From Castellaniella sp. (GTDB lineage: Bacteria > Pseudomonadota > Gammaproteobacteria > Burkholderiales > Burkholderiaceae_B): a stretch of DNA of 64,000 nucleotides. The translations under genes were made by a program, and so were the position numbers. The notes below the pieces were generated by a model that saw nothing but the letters and a program-made list of their open reading frames with translations, made no database searches and was not told the origin of the DNA. Every line of letters starts with the position of its first letter. Position 1 is the first letter of the stretch. Shown one piece after another: positions 29,431-39,437 of this stretch. The stretch is from NCBI RefSeq assembly GCF_041677825.1, contig NZ_JBAYPG010000007.1, positions 21,814-85,813 of the forward strand, in the 5' to 3' direction.

Positions 29431-30576
29431 TCAATAGGCGTGGCCATCGAGGTTTTTTTCGGTGACCTTGCCGCGCATGACCCGGTACACCCAGGCGGTG
29501 TAGAGGATCACCACCGGCAGGAAAATGCAGGTGGCCAGCAACATGAACCACAGGGACGTGCGGCTGGCCGAGGCGTCCCAGACGGTCAGGCTCATGCCGG
29601 GGTTCAGTGAAGAAGGCATCAGAAACGGGAACAGGCCCAGGCCGAAGGTGAAGATGACGCCGGTGATGCCGATGGCCGAGGCCAGGAACGCCCCGCCCTT
29701 GCGGCGCCACCCGACCAGCGCCACGGCAAGCACGCCCCCCAGAACCCCGAGCGCCGGCGCCAGCCAGGCAAGCGGCCAGCGTGTGAAGTTGAGCAGCCAG
29801 GCGCCATCGACGACCTGCACCGACTTGCCCAGGGGCGTGGCCACGGCATCGATGTCGATGCTGCCGGCGATGACATAGCCCGGCAAACCGGTGGCCCAGA
29901 AGCTGGCCAGCACGAAGAGCAGCACGGCCAGCAGCCCGCTGATGCGCGCCCACCGGCGCGCGCGTTGCGCGATGGGGCCTTCGGTTTTCCAGGCCAGCAT
30001 GATGGCACCATGCTGGGCAAACAGGGCCAGCGTGAGCACGCCGCACAGCAGCGGAAACAACGTGAACAGATCGAGCAGCGACCCCTGGTAGACGGGCCGC
30101 AGGGTGGCCGCTTCGTACTCGAACGGCACCCCGAGGATGACGTTGCCCACCGCCACGCCGAACACCAGGCTGGCCACCACCCCGCACAGGCACATGAGGA
30201 TGTCCCAGTTCTGGCGCCAGCGGACGCTTTTTACCTTGCTGCGAAACTGGAAGCAGACCGGGCGCAGGATGAGCGCCAGCAGCAGAAGCAGCATGGCCAG
30301 GTAGAAGCCCGAAAACGACATGGCATAGAGCAGCGGCCAGGCAGCGAAGATGGCCCCGCCCGCCAGGATCAGCCAGACCTGGTTGCCTTCCCAGACCGGG
30401 CCGATCACGTTATAGGCAATGCGCCGCTCGGCATCGGTGTGTGCCACCAGCAGGAGCACCGAAGCCAGGCCCAGGTCGAAGCCGTCCATGACGGCGAAAC
30501 CGACCAGCAGCAGGCCCAGCAGCAGCCACCAGATGATGCGCAGGGTGGAAAAATCCAGGGGGATCAGCGCGTCCAT
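29431..30576 (-). CDS. cydB: Cytochrome bd ubiquinol oxidase subunit II
   Basis: 381-aa polytopic ORF whose N-terminus (LRIIWWLLLGLLLVGFAVMDGFDLG) is typical of CydB. Confidence 0.9.
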   Translation of the reverse strand: MDALIPLDFSTLRIIWWLLLGLLLVGFAVMDGFDLGLASVLLLVAHTDAERRIAYNVIGPVWEGNQVWLILAGGAIFAAWPLLYAMSFSGFYLAMLLLLLALILRPVCFQFRSKVKSVRWRQNWDILMCLCGVVASLVFGVAVGNVILGVPFEYEAATLRPVYQGSLLDLFTLFPLLCGVLTLALFAQHGAIMLAWKTEGPIAQRARRWARISGLLAVLLFVLASFWATGLPGYVIAGSIDIDAVATPLGKSVQVVDGAWLLNFTRWPLAWLAPALGVLGGVLAVALVGWRRKGGAFLASAIGITGVIFTFGLGLFPFLMPSSLNPGMSLTVWDASASRTSLWFMLLATCIFLPVVILYTAWVYRVMRGKVTEKNLDGHAY

Positions 30577-30585
30577 GGGGTTCTC

Positions 30586-32151
30586 CTACAGGCCTTGGGT
30601 TTCCAGTGCCGCGGCCATCGGCTGCGGGCTGGGTGCCTCGTGTGGCCCCTGCCGTATGGCGCGCAGCATCACCTTGATGCCCACGACCAGCAAAACGGTG
30701 TAGAGCACGAGATAGATGGTGAGTGAGACGAGCAGGTCGCTTACCGTCAGGCCGGAGACGGCATAGAAGGTAGGCAGCACGCCCTCGATCACCCAGGGCT
30801 GGCGGCCGAACTCGGCCACGAACCAGCCTGCCTCGACCGAAATCCAGGGCAGCGGCAGGGTCCAGAGGGCCACGCGCCAGAAGCGCGGCGAGACCAGCAG
30901 CCGCCGCTTGCTGGCCAGCCAGAAGGCATAGGCAAAGAAACCGATGAAATAGAACCCGCAGACGACCATGATGCGAAACAGCCAGTACAACGGCGCGATT
31001 TGCGGTACGGTGCTTTCAGCCGCCAGCGCGATGTCGGCGTCGGTGGCCTGGGTGATGTCACTGCGAAAGCGCTTGAGCAGCAGGGCGTAGCCCATGTTGT
31101 GCTGGTATTTGTCGAACCGCGCCAGTGCATCGGCATCCTGCGGGCTTTCCTTGAGGACCTGCAGCGCCTCGTAGGCGACCAGGCCCTCGCGCACCCACAT
31201 TTTGGCCCGCTCGACCAGGTCATTGATGCCCAGCAATGGCGTGGTGAGCGAGCGCGTGCCTATGATGCCCATCGCATAGGGAATCGTGATCTCGAAATGA
31301 TTCTTCTTCTGTTCCTGATCCGGGATGGCGAAGAGGTTGAAACTGGCGGGCGCCGGTTCCGTGTCCCACATGGCCTCGATGGCGGCGATCTTCATCTTCT
31401 GGTGCTCGCTGGTGAGGTAGCCGCTTTCATCGCCCAATACCACCACCGAAAGCGAGGCCGCCAGACCGAAACTGGCCGCCACGACCATGGAACGACGTGC
31501 CAGTTCATGGTGCCGGTTGCGCATCAGATACCAGGCACTGACCCCCATGACGAATACGGCGGCCAGCACATAGCCGGCGCTGACCGTATGCACGAACTTG
31601 GCCTGGGCCACCGTGTTGAAAATCACGGCGCCGAAATCGCTCAGTTCCATGCGCATGGTGGCCGGGTTGAACACGGCACCCACCGGATTCTGCATCCAGC
31701 CGTTGGCGATCAATATCCACAGGGCCGAAAAATTGGAGCCTATGGCCACGAGCCAGGTGACCACCAGGTGCCCGACCCTGGACAGCCTGTCCCAACCAAA
31801 AAAGAACAGCCCCACGAACGTGGCCTCGAGGAAGAAGGCCATGAGCCCTTCGATGGCCAGGGGCGCGCCGAAAATATCACCCACGTACTGGCTGTAATAG
31901 GCCCAGTTCATGCCGAACTGGAATTCCATCACCACGCCGGTGGCCACCCCCAGGGCGAAGTTGATGCCGAACAGCGTACCCCAGAATTGGGTCATGCGCC
32001 GCCAGATGTCGCGCCCGGTGAGCACGTAGACCGATTCCATGATGGCCAGCAGGAATGCGAGGCCCAGGGTGAGCGGCACGAACAGAAAGTGGTACATCAC
32101 GGTGGCGGCGAACTGGATGCGGGATAAATCCACCAAAGCCATGTCGATCAT
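30586..32151 (-). CDS. cydA: Cytochrome bd ubiquinol oxidase subunit I
   Basis: 521-aa ORF whose N-terminus (LSRIQFAATVMYHFLFVPLTLGL) and Q-loop region are typical of CydA. Confidence 0.9.
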   Translation of the reverse strand: MIDMALVDLSRIQFAATVMYHFLFVPLTLGLAFLLAIMESVYVLTGRDIWRRMTQFWGTLFGINFALGVATGVVMEFQFGMNWAYYSQYVGDIFGAPLAIEGLMAFFLEATFVGLFFFGWDRLSRVGHLVVTWLVAIGSNFSALWILIANGWMQNPVGAVFNPATMRMELSDFGAVIFNTVAQAKFVHTVSAGYVLAAVFVMGVSAWYLMRNRHHELARRSMVVAASFGLAASLSVVVLGDESGYLTSEHQKMKIAAIEAMWDTEPAPASFNLFAIPDQEQKKNHFEITIPYAMGIIGTRSLTTPLLGINDLVERAKMWVREGLVAYEALQVLKESPQDADALARFDKYQHNMGYALLLKRFRSDITQATDADIALAAESTVPQIAPLYWLFRIMVVCGFYFIGFFAYAFWLASKRRLLVSPRFWRVALWTLPLPWISVEAGWFVAEFGRQPWVIEGVLPTFYAVSGLTVSDLLVSLTIYLVLYTVLLVVGIKVMLRAIRQGPHEAPSPQPMAAALETQGL

Positions 32152-32213
32152 GATCGAGCCCCACGTGAAGTAACCCTGTCAATGTATCAAGAAATCGGGG
32201 CCGGTGAAAAGCA

Positions 32214-32249
32214 TTTTCATGAGGCGCCCCACACTTTTCATGAGGCGCC
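32214..32249. promoter_or_regulatory. Two 15-bp direct repeats (TTTTCATGAGGCGCC) spaced 21 bp apart in the cydA / MobA-like divergent intergenic region
   Basis: Read directly. The copies occupy 32214-32228 and 32235-32249. A regulatory role is inferred only from their position. Confidence 0.35.
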
Positions 32250-32313
32250 TGGCTGGTTTTCTGCTACAAGATCCACTGGAGACGCCACTGGATTCCAGGA
32301 GGAGACCTGGCAC

Positions 32314-32889
32314 ATGATCGGTATCCTGCTTGCCGCCGGCCAGGGGCTGCGTTTCGACCCCCAGCGCCGGCAGAACAAACTGCTGCAGGTGCTGCCCAAT
32401 GGGCAGACCGTGGCAGAAGCCAGCGCTCGCGCCCTGTGCGCTGCCCTGCCGCGCGTCCTGGCCGTGGTACGCGATCCACAGGGTCCGTTGGCCGATTGCC
32501 TGCAACGGGCCGGATGCGAACTGGTGGCCTGCCCGAACGCGGTTCTGGGCATGGGCGCCTCGCTGGTGTGCGGCATACGGGCCAGCCGGTACGCGCACGG
32601 CTGGCTGGTGGCGCTGGCCGACATGCCCTTCGTGCAAGGCGCCACGCTCCGGGCCCTGCAACAGGCCATCGAACGGGGGGCCGATATCGCCGCGCCGTTT
32701 TGCCAGGGCCGGCGCGGCAACCCGGTGGCCTTCGGCGCGGCCCATCGCGACCGGCTGCTGCAGGTGCAAGGCGATGCGGGCGCGCGGGCGCTGCTGCGCC
32801 ACTGGGCCGTCGAACACGTCATGGTGGCGGATCCGGGCATCTTTCGCGACATCGACACCCCCCGGGACCTGCTCAGGGGTAATCCCTAG
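32314..32889 (+). CDS. MobA-like nucleotidyltransferase (probable molybdenum cofactor cytidylyltransferase, MocA-type)
   Basis: ORF trimmed to the ATG at 32314 with a GGAGGAG SD sequence. The N-terminus is [14 protein letters not shown]. It lies immediately upstream of the cox-like molybdoenzyme genes. Confidence 0.7.
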   Translation: MIGILLAAGQGLRFDPQRRQNKLLQVLPNGQTVAEASARALCAALPRVLAVVRDPQGPLADCLQRAGCELVACPNAVLGMGASLVCGIRASRYAHGWLVALADMPFVQGATLRALQQAIERGADIAAPFCQGRRGNPVAFGAAHRDRLLQVQGDAGARALLRHWAVEHVMVADPGIFRDIDTPRDLLRGNP

Positions 32890-32963
32890 GTGGCGCACAC
32901 AGACCCGGTGCCCCGAGAATGCTAAGGTTGAACGGTCAAACCAACAATCAGGAGACAGCCGCA

Positions 32964-33431
32964 ATGAAAATCGCGCTCAAGGTCAACGGGCAAGACGTCA
33001 GTGCAGACGTCGCACCGAATACCCTGCTGGTCCAGTTCATCCGCGAGAACCTGCGCCTCACGGGCACCCACGTGGGTTGCGACACGGCCCAGTGCGGCGC
33101 CTGCACGGTGATCGCCAATGGCCGCAGCATCAAGTCGTGCAACGTGCTGGCGGCGCAGATGCAGGGGGCCGAAGTCACCACCATCGAAGGCCTGGCGGCG
33201 CCCGATGGCACGCTGCACCCCGTACAGGCGGCCTTCAAAGAGTGCCACGGGCTGCAGTGCGGCTACTGCACGCCCGGCATGGTGATGAGCACGGTCGACC
33301 TGCTGGCCCATCATCCAGACGCCGATGAAGCCCAGATCCGCGAACTGCTCGAAGGCAACCTGTGCCGCTGCACGGGCTATCACAATATCGTCCGTGCCGT
33401 GCAGACCGCCCGGAAAACCATGGCCGCCTGA
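32964..33431 (+). CDS. coxS: [2Fe-2S]-binding small subunit of an aerobic-type molybdenum hydroxylase (CoxS-like)
   Basis: ORF trimmed to the ATG at 32964. Both cysteine clusters are present ([11 protein letters not shown] and CGYCTPG...CRCTGY). Confidence 0.85.
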   Translation: MKIALKVNGQDVSADVAPNTLLVQFIRENLRLTGTHVGCDTAQCGACTVIANGRSIKSCNVLAAQMQGAEVTTIEGLAAPDGTLHPVQAAFKECHGLQCGYCTPGMVMSTVDLLAHHPDADEAQIRELLEGNLCRCTGYHNIVRAVQTARKTMAA

Positions 33432-33449
33432 GGCAAAGGAGACACCATC

Positions 33450-35816
33450 ATGAGCAATCCCATGGCGAACCTGCCCCACGTGGGCGAATCCGTACGCCGT
33501 GTCGAAGACGCCCGTTTCCTCACCGGCACCGGGCAGTATGTCGACGACGTCCACCACGATGGCCAGAAACGCGCGGTCTTCGTGCGCTCGCCCCACGCGC
33601 ATGCCACCATCCGCCACATCGACGCCACCGAAGCGCGCCAGATGCCGGGGGTGGCCGGCATTTTCAGCGGGGCCGACATCGAAGGCCAGGTGGGCGGCCT
33701 GCCCACCGGCTGGCTGATCACCAACCCCGATGGCAGCCCCATGAAAGAGCCGCCCCATCCATTTCTTGCCCAGGGCAAGGTGCGCTACGTGGGCGAACTG
33801 GTGGCCATGGTGGTGGCCGATACGCTCGAGCAGGCCAAGAATGCCGCCGAAGCCATCGAAATCGACTACGACCCGCTCGATGTCGTGGTCGACATGCGCA
33901 AGGCCAGCGCGGGCCCGGCGCTGCACGACGAAGCCGCCGACAACCACTGCTATACCTGGGTGCTGGGCGACAAGGCCGCCGTCGATGCCACGTTCGCTGC
34001 GGCCGCGCACGTCACGCGCATCGAACTGGTGAACAACCGGCTGATCCCCAACGCCATGGAACCCCGGGCCGACAACGCGCGCCACGATCGGGCCACGGGC
34101 GAGTCCACGCTGTATACCACCAGCCAGAATCCGCATCTGGCGCGCCTGCTGCTGGCGGCCAACGTGCTGCAGGTGCCCGAGCACAAGATGCGAGTCATCG
34201 CGCCAGACGTCGGTGGCGGCTTCGGCTCGAAGATCAATCTGTATGCCGAAGATGCCGCCGTGGCCTGGGCCGCGCGCACCCTGGCCTGCCCGGTCAAATG
34301 GACGGCCGAGCGCAGCGAAAGCTTCGTCTCCGACACCCACGGGCGCGATCACGTCACGGTGGCCGAAATGGCCATGGACGAAAACGGCAAGTTCCTGGCC
34401 CTGCGCGTGCATTCGCATGTCAACCTGGGGGCCTACCTGGCCACCTTCGGCCCGGTGGTGCCCACCATCCTGTATGGCACGCTGCTGGCCGGGCAGTACA
34501 CCACGCCGCAGATCCATGTCCAGGTCGACGGCTGGTTCACCAACACGGTACCGGTCGATGCCTATCGGGGCGCCGGGCGCCCCGAAGCGGCCTATCTCAT
34601 CGAGCGCCTGGTCACGCGCTGCGGCTGGGAACTCGGCCTCGCGCAAGACGAGATCCGCCGGCGCAACTTCATCACCGAATTCCCCTACCAGACGCCGGTG
34701 GCCCTGCTCTACGATACGGGCGACTTCCCGAAATGCCTGGATGAAGCCATGAAGCTGGCCGACGCAGACGGCTTCGAGGCCCGGCGCCAGGCCAGCGAGG
34801 CCAGGGGCCTGAAGCGCGGCATCGGCTACTCCAGCTACATCGAGGCCTGTGGCCTGGCGCCCTCGCAGATCGTGGGCCAGCTGGGCGGGCGCGCCGGCCT
34901 GTACGAGTGCGGCGAGGTGCGCGTCAACCCCACCGGCTCGGTCACCGTCTTCACCGGCACCCACAGCCACGGCCAGGGGCATGAAACGGCTTTTGCCCAG
35001 CTGGTCGCCGGGCGCCTGGGCCTGGCCATCGAAGACGTCGAAGTCGTGCACGGCGATACCGGGCGCATTCCATTCGGCATGGGTACCTATGGGTCGCGCT
35101 CGCTGGCCGTGGGCGGCGCGGCCATCATGAAGGCCGTCGACAAGATCGAAGAAAAATCCAAAAAGATCGCCGCGCACCTCATGGAAGCGGCCGAGGCCGA
35201 CATCGAGTTCGTGCGCGGCGAATTCCGTGTCAAGGGCACCGACAAGGTCGTGCCTTTCGCACAGGTGGCGCTGGCCGCCTATGTGCCGCACAATTATCCG
35301 CTCGACAAGCTCGAGCCCGGCCTCAATGAAACCGCCTTCTACGACCCGGGCAATTTCACCTATCCGGCGGGCACCCACATCTGCGAGGTTGAGGTCGACC
35401 CTGAAACAGGCGCGGCGCGCGTCGACCGCTTCACGGCGGTCGACGACTTCGGCGTCATCGTCAACCCCATGATCGTCGAGGGGCAGGTGCAGGGCGGCAT
35501 CATGCAGGGCATCGGCCAGGCACTGCTCGAAGAATGCGTCTACGATGACAACGGCCAGCTGCTCACCGGCAGCTACATGGACTACACCATGCCGCGAGCG
35601 GCCGATTTTCCGGATTTCCGGCTGGGCACCGTCTGCACCCCGTGCACGCACAATCCGATCGGCAGCAAGGGCTGCGGCGAAGCCGGCACCATAGGCTCGC
35701 CGCCTGCGGTCATCAACGCGCTGCTCGATGCGCTGGCCCCGCTGGGCGTGCACGACATCGACATGCCGGCCACCCCGCACCGCGTCTGGCAGGCCATCCA
35801 GGCCGCCGCCCACTAA
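33450..35816 (+). CDS. coxL: Molybdopterin-binding large subunit, form-II CoxL-like
   Basis: 788-aa ORF. The active-site loop AYRGAGR (nt 34560-34580) is the form-II signature rather than the form-I AYxCSFR. Confidence 0.85.
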   Translation: MSNPMANLPHVGESVRRVEDARFLTGTGQYVDDVHHDGQKRAVFVRSPHAHATIRHIDATEARQMPGVAGIFSGADIEGQVGGLPTGWLITNPDGSPMKEPPHPFLAQGKVRYVGELVAMVVADTLEQAKNAAEAIEIDYDPLDVVVDMRKASAGPALHDEAADNHCYTWVLGDKAAVDATFAAAAHVTRIELVNNRLIPNAMEPRADNARHDRATGESTLYTTSQNPHLARLLLAANVLQVPEHKMRVIAPDVGGGFGSKINLYAEDAAVAWAARTLACPVKWTAERSESFVSDTHGRDHVTVAEMAMDENGKFLALRVHSHVNLGAYLATFGPVVPTILYGTLLAGQYTTPQIHVQVDGWFTNTVPVDAYRGAGRPEAAYLIERLVTRCGWELGLAQDEIRRRNFITEFPYQTPVALLYDTGDFPKCLDEAMKLADADGFEARRQASEARGLKRGIGYSSYIEACGLAPSQIVGQLGGRAGLYECGEVRVNPTGSVTVFTGTHSHGQGHETAFAQLVAGRLGLAIEDVEVVHGDTGRIPFGMGTYGSRSLAVGGAAIMKAVDKIEEKSKKIAAHLMEAAEADIEFVRGEFRVKGTDKVVPFAQVALAAYVPHNYPLDKLEPGLNETAFYDPGNFTYPAGTHICEVEVDPETGAARVDRFTAVDDFGVIVNPMIVEGQVQGGIMQGIGQALLEECVYDDNGQLLTGSYMDYTMPRAADFPDFRLGTVCTPCTHNPIGSKGCGEAGTIGSPPAVINALLDALAPLGVHDIDMPATPHRVWQAIQAAAH

Positions 35817-35827
35817 GGAGATCGCTC

Positions 35828-36619
35828 ATGTACGCATTCAGCTACACCAGCCCGGCCACGCTCGATGAGGCCCTGCAGGCGATGCAGGCGGGGGGCCAGC
35901 CCCTGGCGGGCGGCCAGACGCTGCTGGGTTCCCTCAAGCTGCGCCTGGCCGCCCCCGAGCAGCTGGTCGACCTGCGGGCCCTCACCGAACTCACGGGCAT
36001 CCGGCCCGCAGGCCCGTCACTCGTGGTCGGGGCCATGGTGCGCCACGCCGAAGTCGCCGAGAGCGCCGAGGTCCAGCACGCGATTCCTGCACTGGCACGC
36101 CTGGCCGCCGGCATCGGCGACAAGCAGGTGCGCGCCATGGGCACGCTGGGCGGGTCACTGGCCAACAACGATCCAGCCGCCGATTACCCCGCCGCAGTCC
36201 TGGGCCTGGGGGCCACCGTGCACACCAGCACGCGCACGATCGCGGCCGACGACTACTTCCAGGGGCTTTTTGCCACCGCACTCGAACCAGATGAGCTCAT
36301 CACGGCGGTGCATTTTCCCATCCCGCAGCAGGCGGCCTACGCCAAATTCGTGCAACCCGCCTCCCTGTTCGCCCTGATCGGGGTCTTCGTGGCGCGCTTC
36401 GAGCAGGGCGTGCGCGTGGCCGTCACCGGGGCGGGCAACGGCGTGTTCCGGCACACGGCCATGGAACAGGCGCTGGCACACAACTTCCGCCCCGAAGCCA
36501 TCGCCGGCATCGACACCGATGCCAGCGAGATGTCGGCCGACCTACACGGCAGCAGCGCCTACCGGGCCCATCTGGTCAAGGTCATGGCGCGCCGGGCTGT
36601 TGCGCAGGCACTGGGCTGA
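35828..36619 (+). CDS. coxM: FAD-binding medium subunit (CoxM-like)
   Basis: ORF trimmed to the ATG at 35828 (MYAFSYTSPATLDEAL). The GGQTLLGSLKLR FAD-binding pattern is present. Confidence 0.85.
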   Translation: MYAFSYTSPATLDEALQAMQAGGQPLAGGQTLLGSLKLRLAAPEQLVDLRALTELTGIRPAGPSLVVGAMVRHAEVAESAEVQHAIPALARLAAGIGDKQVRAMGTLGGSLANNDPAADYPAAVLGLGATVHTSTRTIAADDYFQGLFATALEPDELITAVHFPIPQQAAYAKFVQPASLFALIGVFVARFEQGVRVAVTGAGNGVFRHTAMEQALAHNFRPEAIAGIDTDASEMSADLHGSSAYRAHLVKVMARRAVAQALG

Positions 36620-36640
36620 TCCCCCTCAGGCACCTGATGC

Positions 36641-37564
36641 ATGCCCGAAACCCCGGATTCGACAGCCTCTCCTGCGGCCTCCATTGCGGCCCTGTCGGCC
36701 GCCCTGGAGGCCGAGGGCTATTTTGCCGACCGCCGGCTGGCGACCGCGGTGTTTCTGGCCCTGCAACTGCAGCGGCCCTTGCTGCTCGAAGGCGAGCCCG
36801 GGGTCGGCAAGACCGAGCTTGCCAAGGCCCTGGCCCGGGTGCTGGGGCGCAGCCTGGTCCGGCTGCAGTGCTTCGATGGCCTCGAACAGCAGGATGCGCT
36901 GTACGAATGGGATTACGCCGCACAACTGCTGCACGTGCGCGCCAGCGAAGGCCTGGTGCCCGCCGATACCCTCGAGCGGGGGGTCTACCAGCCGCGCTAC
37001 CTGATTCGCCGGCCGCTGCTCGAGGCCCTGCAAACGCCAGCCCCCGGGGCCCTGCTGCTGATCGACGAAGTCGACCGCGCCGACGAGCCCTTCGAAGCCT
37101 TCCTGCTCGAATACCTGGGCGAGTACCAGATCAGCATTCCGCAACTGGGTACCGTGCGTGCCGATGTCACCCCCGTCACGCTGCTCACCAGCAATCGCAC
37201 CCGCGAACTCAACGACGCAATCAAGCGGCGCTGCCTGTACCACTGGCTGGATTACCCCGACCGTGGCCGTGAACTGGCCATTCTGCGCGCGCTGGTGCCC
37301 GAGGCCCCCCGACAGCTGGCCGAGCAGGTGTCGCGCTTCGTGGCCCGACTGCGCCTGAATGCGCAGTCGGCCGGCTTCGAGCGGGCCCCCGGGGTCGCCG
37401 AGGCCATCGAGTGGGCGCGCGCGCTGGTGGCACTGGACACGCTCGAACTAGATCCCGAAGTGGTGCTCGATACGGCCGGCATCCTCTTCAAGCAGCGCGA
37501 AGACCTGGCCAGCCTGGACACCCCGCTGCTGGCCGATCTGCTTCAGGCGGCGCGTGAAACCTGA
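36641..37564 (+). CDS. coxD: MoxR-family AAA+ ATPase (CoxD-like)
   Basis: Walker A LLLEGEPGVGKTELAKALA and Walker B LLLIDEVDRA. Confidence 0.8.
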   Translation: MPETPDSTASPAASIAALSAALEAEGYFADRRLATAVFLALQLQRPLLLEGEPGVGKTELAKALARVLGRSLVRLQCFDGLEQQDALYEWDYAAQLLHVRASEGLVPADTLERGVYQPRYLIRRPLLEALQTPAPGALLLIDEVDRADEPFEAFLLEYLGEYQISIPQLGTVRADVTPVTLLTSNRTRELNDAIKRRCLYHWLDYPDRGRELAILRALVPEAPRQLAEQVSRFVARLRLNAQSAGFERAPGVAEAIEWARALVALDTLELDPEVVLDTAGILFKQREDLASLDTPLLADLLQAARET

Positions 37565-38795
37565 ATCACCTTCTTCATCCGGCCCGCAGCCGCACTGGGT
37601 TTCGCAGCTGGGCGATGCGCGCCGCGGCAAGCTGGCTGGCAATATTGCGGCGTTCGGGCGCGCACTGCGGCGCGCCGGCCTGCCGCTGGATTCGGCCCGC
37701 ATTGCGCTGGCGCAGCAGGCCTGGGCGCTGGCCCGACCAGGCGGCAAGGCCGAAGCAGAAGCGGTACTCGAAAGCGTGCTGGTGAGCCGTCAGCAGGACA
37801 TTGCCGTATTCCGCGAAATGTTCGCAGCCTTCTTCAAGGACCCCGAACTGGCGCAGCAGCTGCTGGCCCGCATGGCAGCACAGCCCGCACGCCCAAGGCA
37901 CGACGCGCCCCGGCCCAGGGTGCAGGCGGCGCTGTCTTCACCCAACCCGGCCGTGCCCCGGTCTGCGGCAGGCGACGTCGAGCTGGATGCCGCCATGACC
38001 GCCAGCACGATCCAGCGCCTGCAGCAGGCCGACTTCAACCAGCTGAGCGCCAGTGAATACCACCTGATCGAACGCCTGGTGCGCGAGATCCCGCTGCCCT
38101 TGCCCGCCGTGGCCAGCCGCCGCAGCCATGCGGGCACGCGCGGCCGGCGCCTGCACTGGCACGCCAGCCTGCAGGCGGCCGGTGCGCACGGCGGCGAGCT
38201 GATCCATCTGCGCCACCACCAGCGCCGCCTGGCCCCTTTGCCGCTTCTGGTACTGCTCGACGTCTCGGGCTCGATGGAGCGCTATGCCCGCATCCTGCTG
38301 GCTTTTCTGCATGCCGCCACACGGCGCACGACCATACGGGGTCGGGTGCGGCGGGTGAACCGCCAGGTCTACGCGTTCGGTACGGACCTGACCGACCTGA
38401 ATCCGGCCTTCCGGCTTGCGGACACCGATGCCATGCTGCTGCGCGCCGCACCCCTGTTGCGCGACTTTGCCGGCGGTACGCGGCTGGCGGCCAGCCTGGC
38501 GACCTTGCGCCGCGGGCATGCCCGCCACCTGATCGGGCGCCGCACCCTGGTTTTGCTGATTTCCGATGGGCTGGATACCGGCGACCCGATCGAACTGGAC
38601 CACGAGTTACAATGGCTTCGGCGGCATGTGCGCCAGCTGCTGTGGCTCAACCCGCTGCTGCGCTTCGACGGCTACGCACCGCTTGCACAAGGGGCAGCCG
38701 TCCTGCACGCGCACGCCGATGCCATGCTGGCCATACACAACGTCAGCCGGTTGCAGGCCCTGGCCGGCGCGCTGGCCGCTCTGGCAAGACAATAA
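37554..38795 (+). CDS. coxE: VWA-domain protein (CoxE-like)
   Basis: 413-aa ORF with a GTG start overlapping the coxD end. The C-terminal VWA domain has a MIDAS-like LLDVSGSM. It is the conserved partner of the MoxR ATPase. Confidence 0.75.
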   Translation: MKPESPSSSGPQPHWVSQLGDARRGKLAGNIAAFGRALRRAGLPLDSARIALAQQAWALARPGGKAEAEAVLESVLVSRQQDIAVFREMFAAFFKDPELAQQLLARMAAQPARPRHDAPRPRVQAALSSPNPAVPRSAAGDVELDAAMTASTIQRLQQADFNQLSASEYHLIERLVREIPLPLPAVASRRSHAGTRGRRLHWHASLQAAGAHGGELIHLRHHQRRLAPLPLLVLLDVSGSMERYARILLAFLHAATRRTTIRGRVRRVNRQVYAFGTDLTDLNPAFRLADTDAMLLRAAPLLRDFAGGTRLAASLATLRRGHARHLIGRRTLVLLISDGLDTGDPIELDHELQWLRRHVRQLLWLNPLLRFDGYAPLAQGAAVLHAHADAMLAIHNVSRLQALAGALAALARQ

Positions 38796-38807
38796 GGAGA
38801 CACCCGC

Positions 38808-39386
38808 ATGCAAATGCAAGGATCACGACAGCTGTCCGTCAGCCAGCAGCAGGCCTGGCAGGCCCTGAACGACCCCGAGGTCCTCAAGGCCTGTGTGCCG
38901 GGCTGCGAAAGCATCGAATCCACGGCGGAAAACACCTATGCCGTGGTCAGCCAGATCAAGGTCGGCCCGGTTGCCGCGAAATTCAAGAGCACGATCGAAC
39001 TCACCGACATTCAGGCTCCGGACAGCTATACGCTGAACTTCGACGGCAATGGCGGGGCCGCGGGCTTTGGCAAGGGCACGGCCAGGGTCCGCCTGAGCCC
39101 GCAGGGCGACGGCACGCAGCTGGATTACGATGTCCAGGCCACGGTCGGCGGCAAGATCGCCCAGGTGGGCCAGCGCCTGATCGACGGGGTCGCCAAATCC
39201 ATGTCAGAGCGCTTCTTCAAGAGTTTCGACGAAGAAATGCAGCGCCGCCACCCGGCTGCCACGCAGGCTCAGGCCGCTGCGGCCGATACGCCCGCGGCGG
39301 GTGCGCGGGCCAGAATGCCGGGCTGGGCCTGGGGCGCCATCGTGGTGATCCTCATCGTGCTCATTGCCTGGGCCAGCCAGGGCTGA
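38808..39386 (+). CDS. coxG: SRPBCC-family CoxG-like protein with a C-terminal membrane anchor
   Basis: The N-terminus (MQMQGSRQLSVSQQQAWQALNDPEVLKACVPGCESIE) is typical of CoxG. The hydrophobic tail is WAWGAIVVILIVLIAWA. Confidence 0.75.
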   Translation: MQMQGSRQLSVSQQQAWQALNDPEVLKACVPGCESIESTAENTYAVVSQIKVGPVAAKFKSTIELTDIQAPDSYTLNFDGNGGAAGFGKGTARVRLSPQGDGTQLDYDVQATVGGKIAQVGQRLIDGVAKSMSERFFKSFDEEMQRRHPAATQAQAAAADTPAAGARARMPGWAWGAIVVILIVLIAWASQG

Positions 39387-39437
39387 GGCACGGGCGACCA
39401 CAATACGACCTATCCAACCATCCGACGGGGGCGTGTC

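Noticed and set aside
32170-32195. Possible FNR/ANR box upstream of cydA (TTGATACATTGACA on the minus strand)
   Set aside because: Only the first half-site matches TTGAT-N4-ATCAA. The second half (TGACA) matches at one position, which is not enough to call.
32922-35813. 963-aa minus-strand ORF opposite coxS/coxL
   Set aside because: It lies antisense to genes with unambiguous 2Fe-2S and molybdopterin-subunit motifs. I recognised no domain, and the composition is that of a high-GC antisense artefact.
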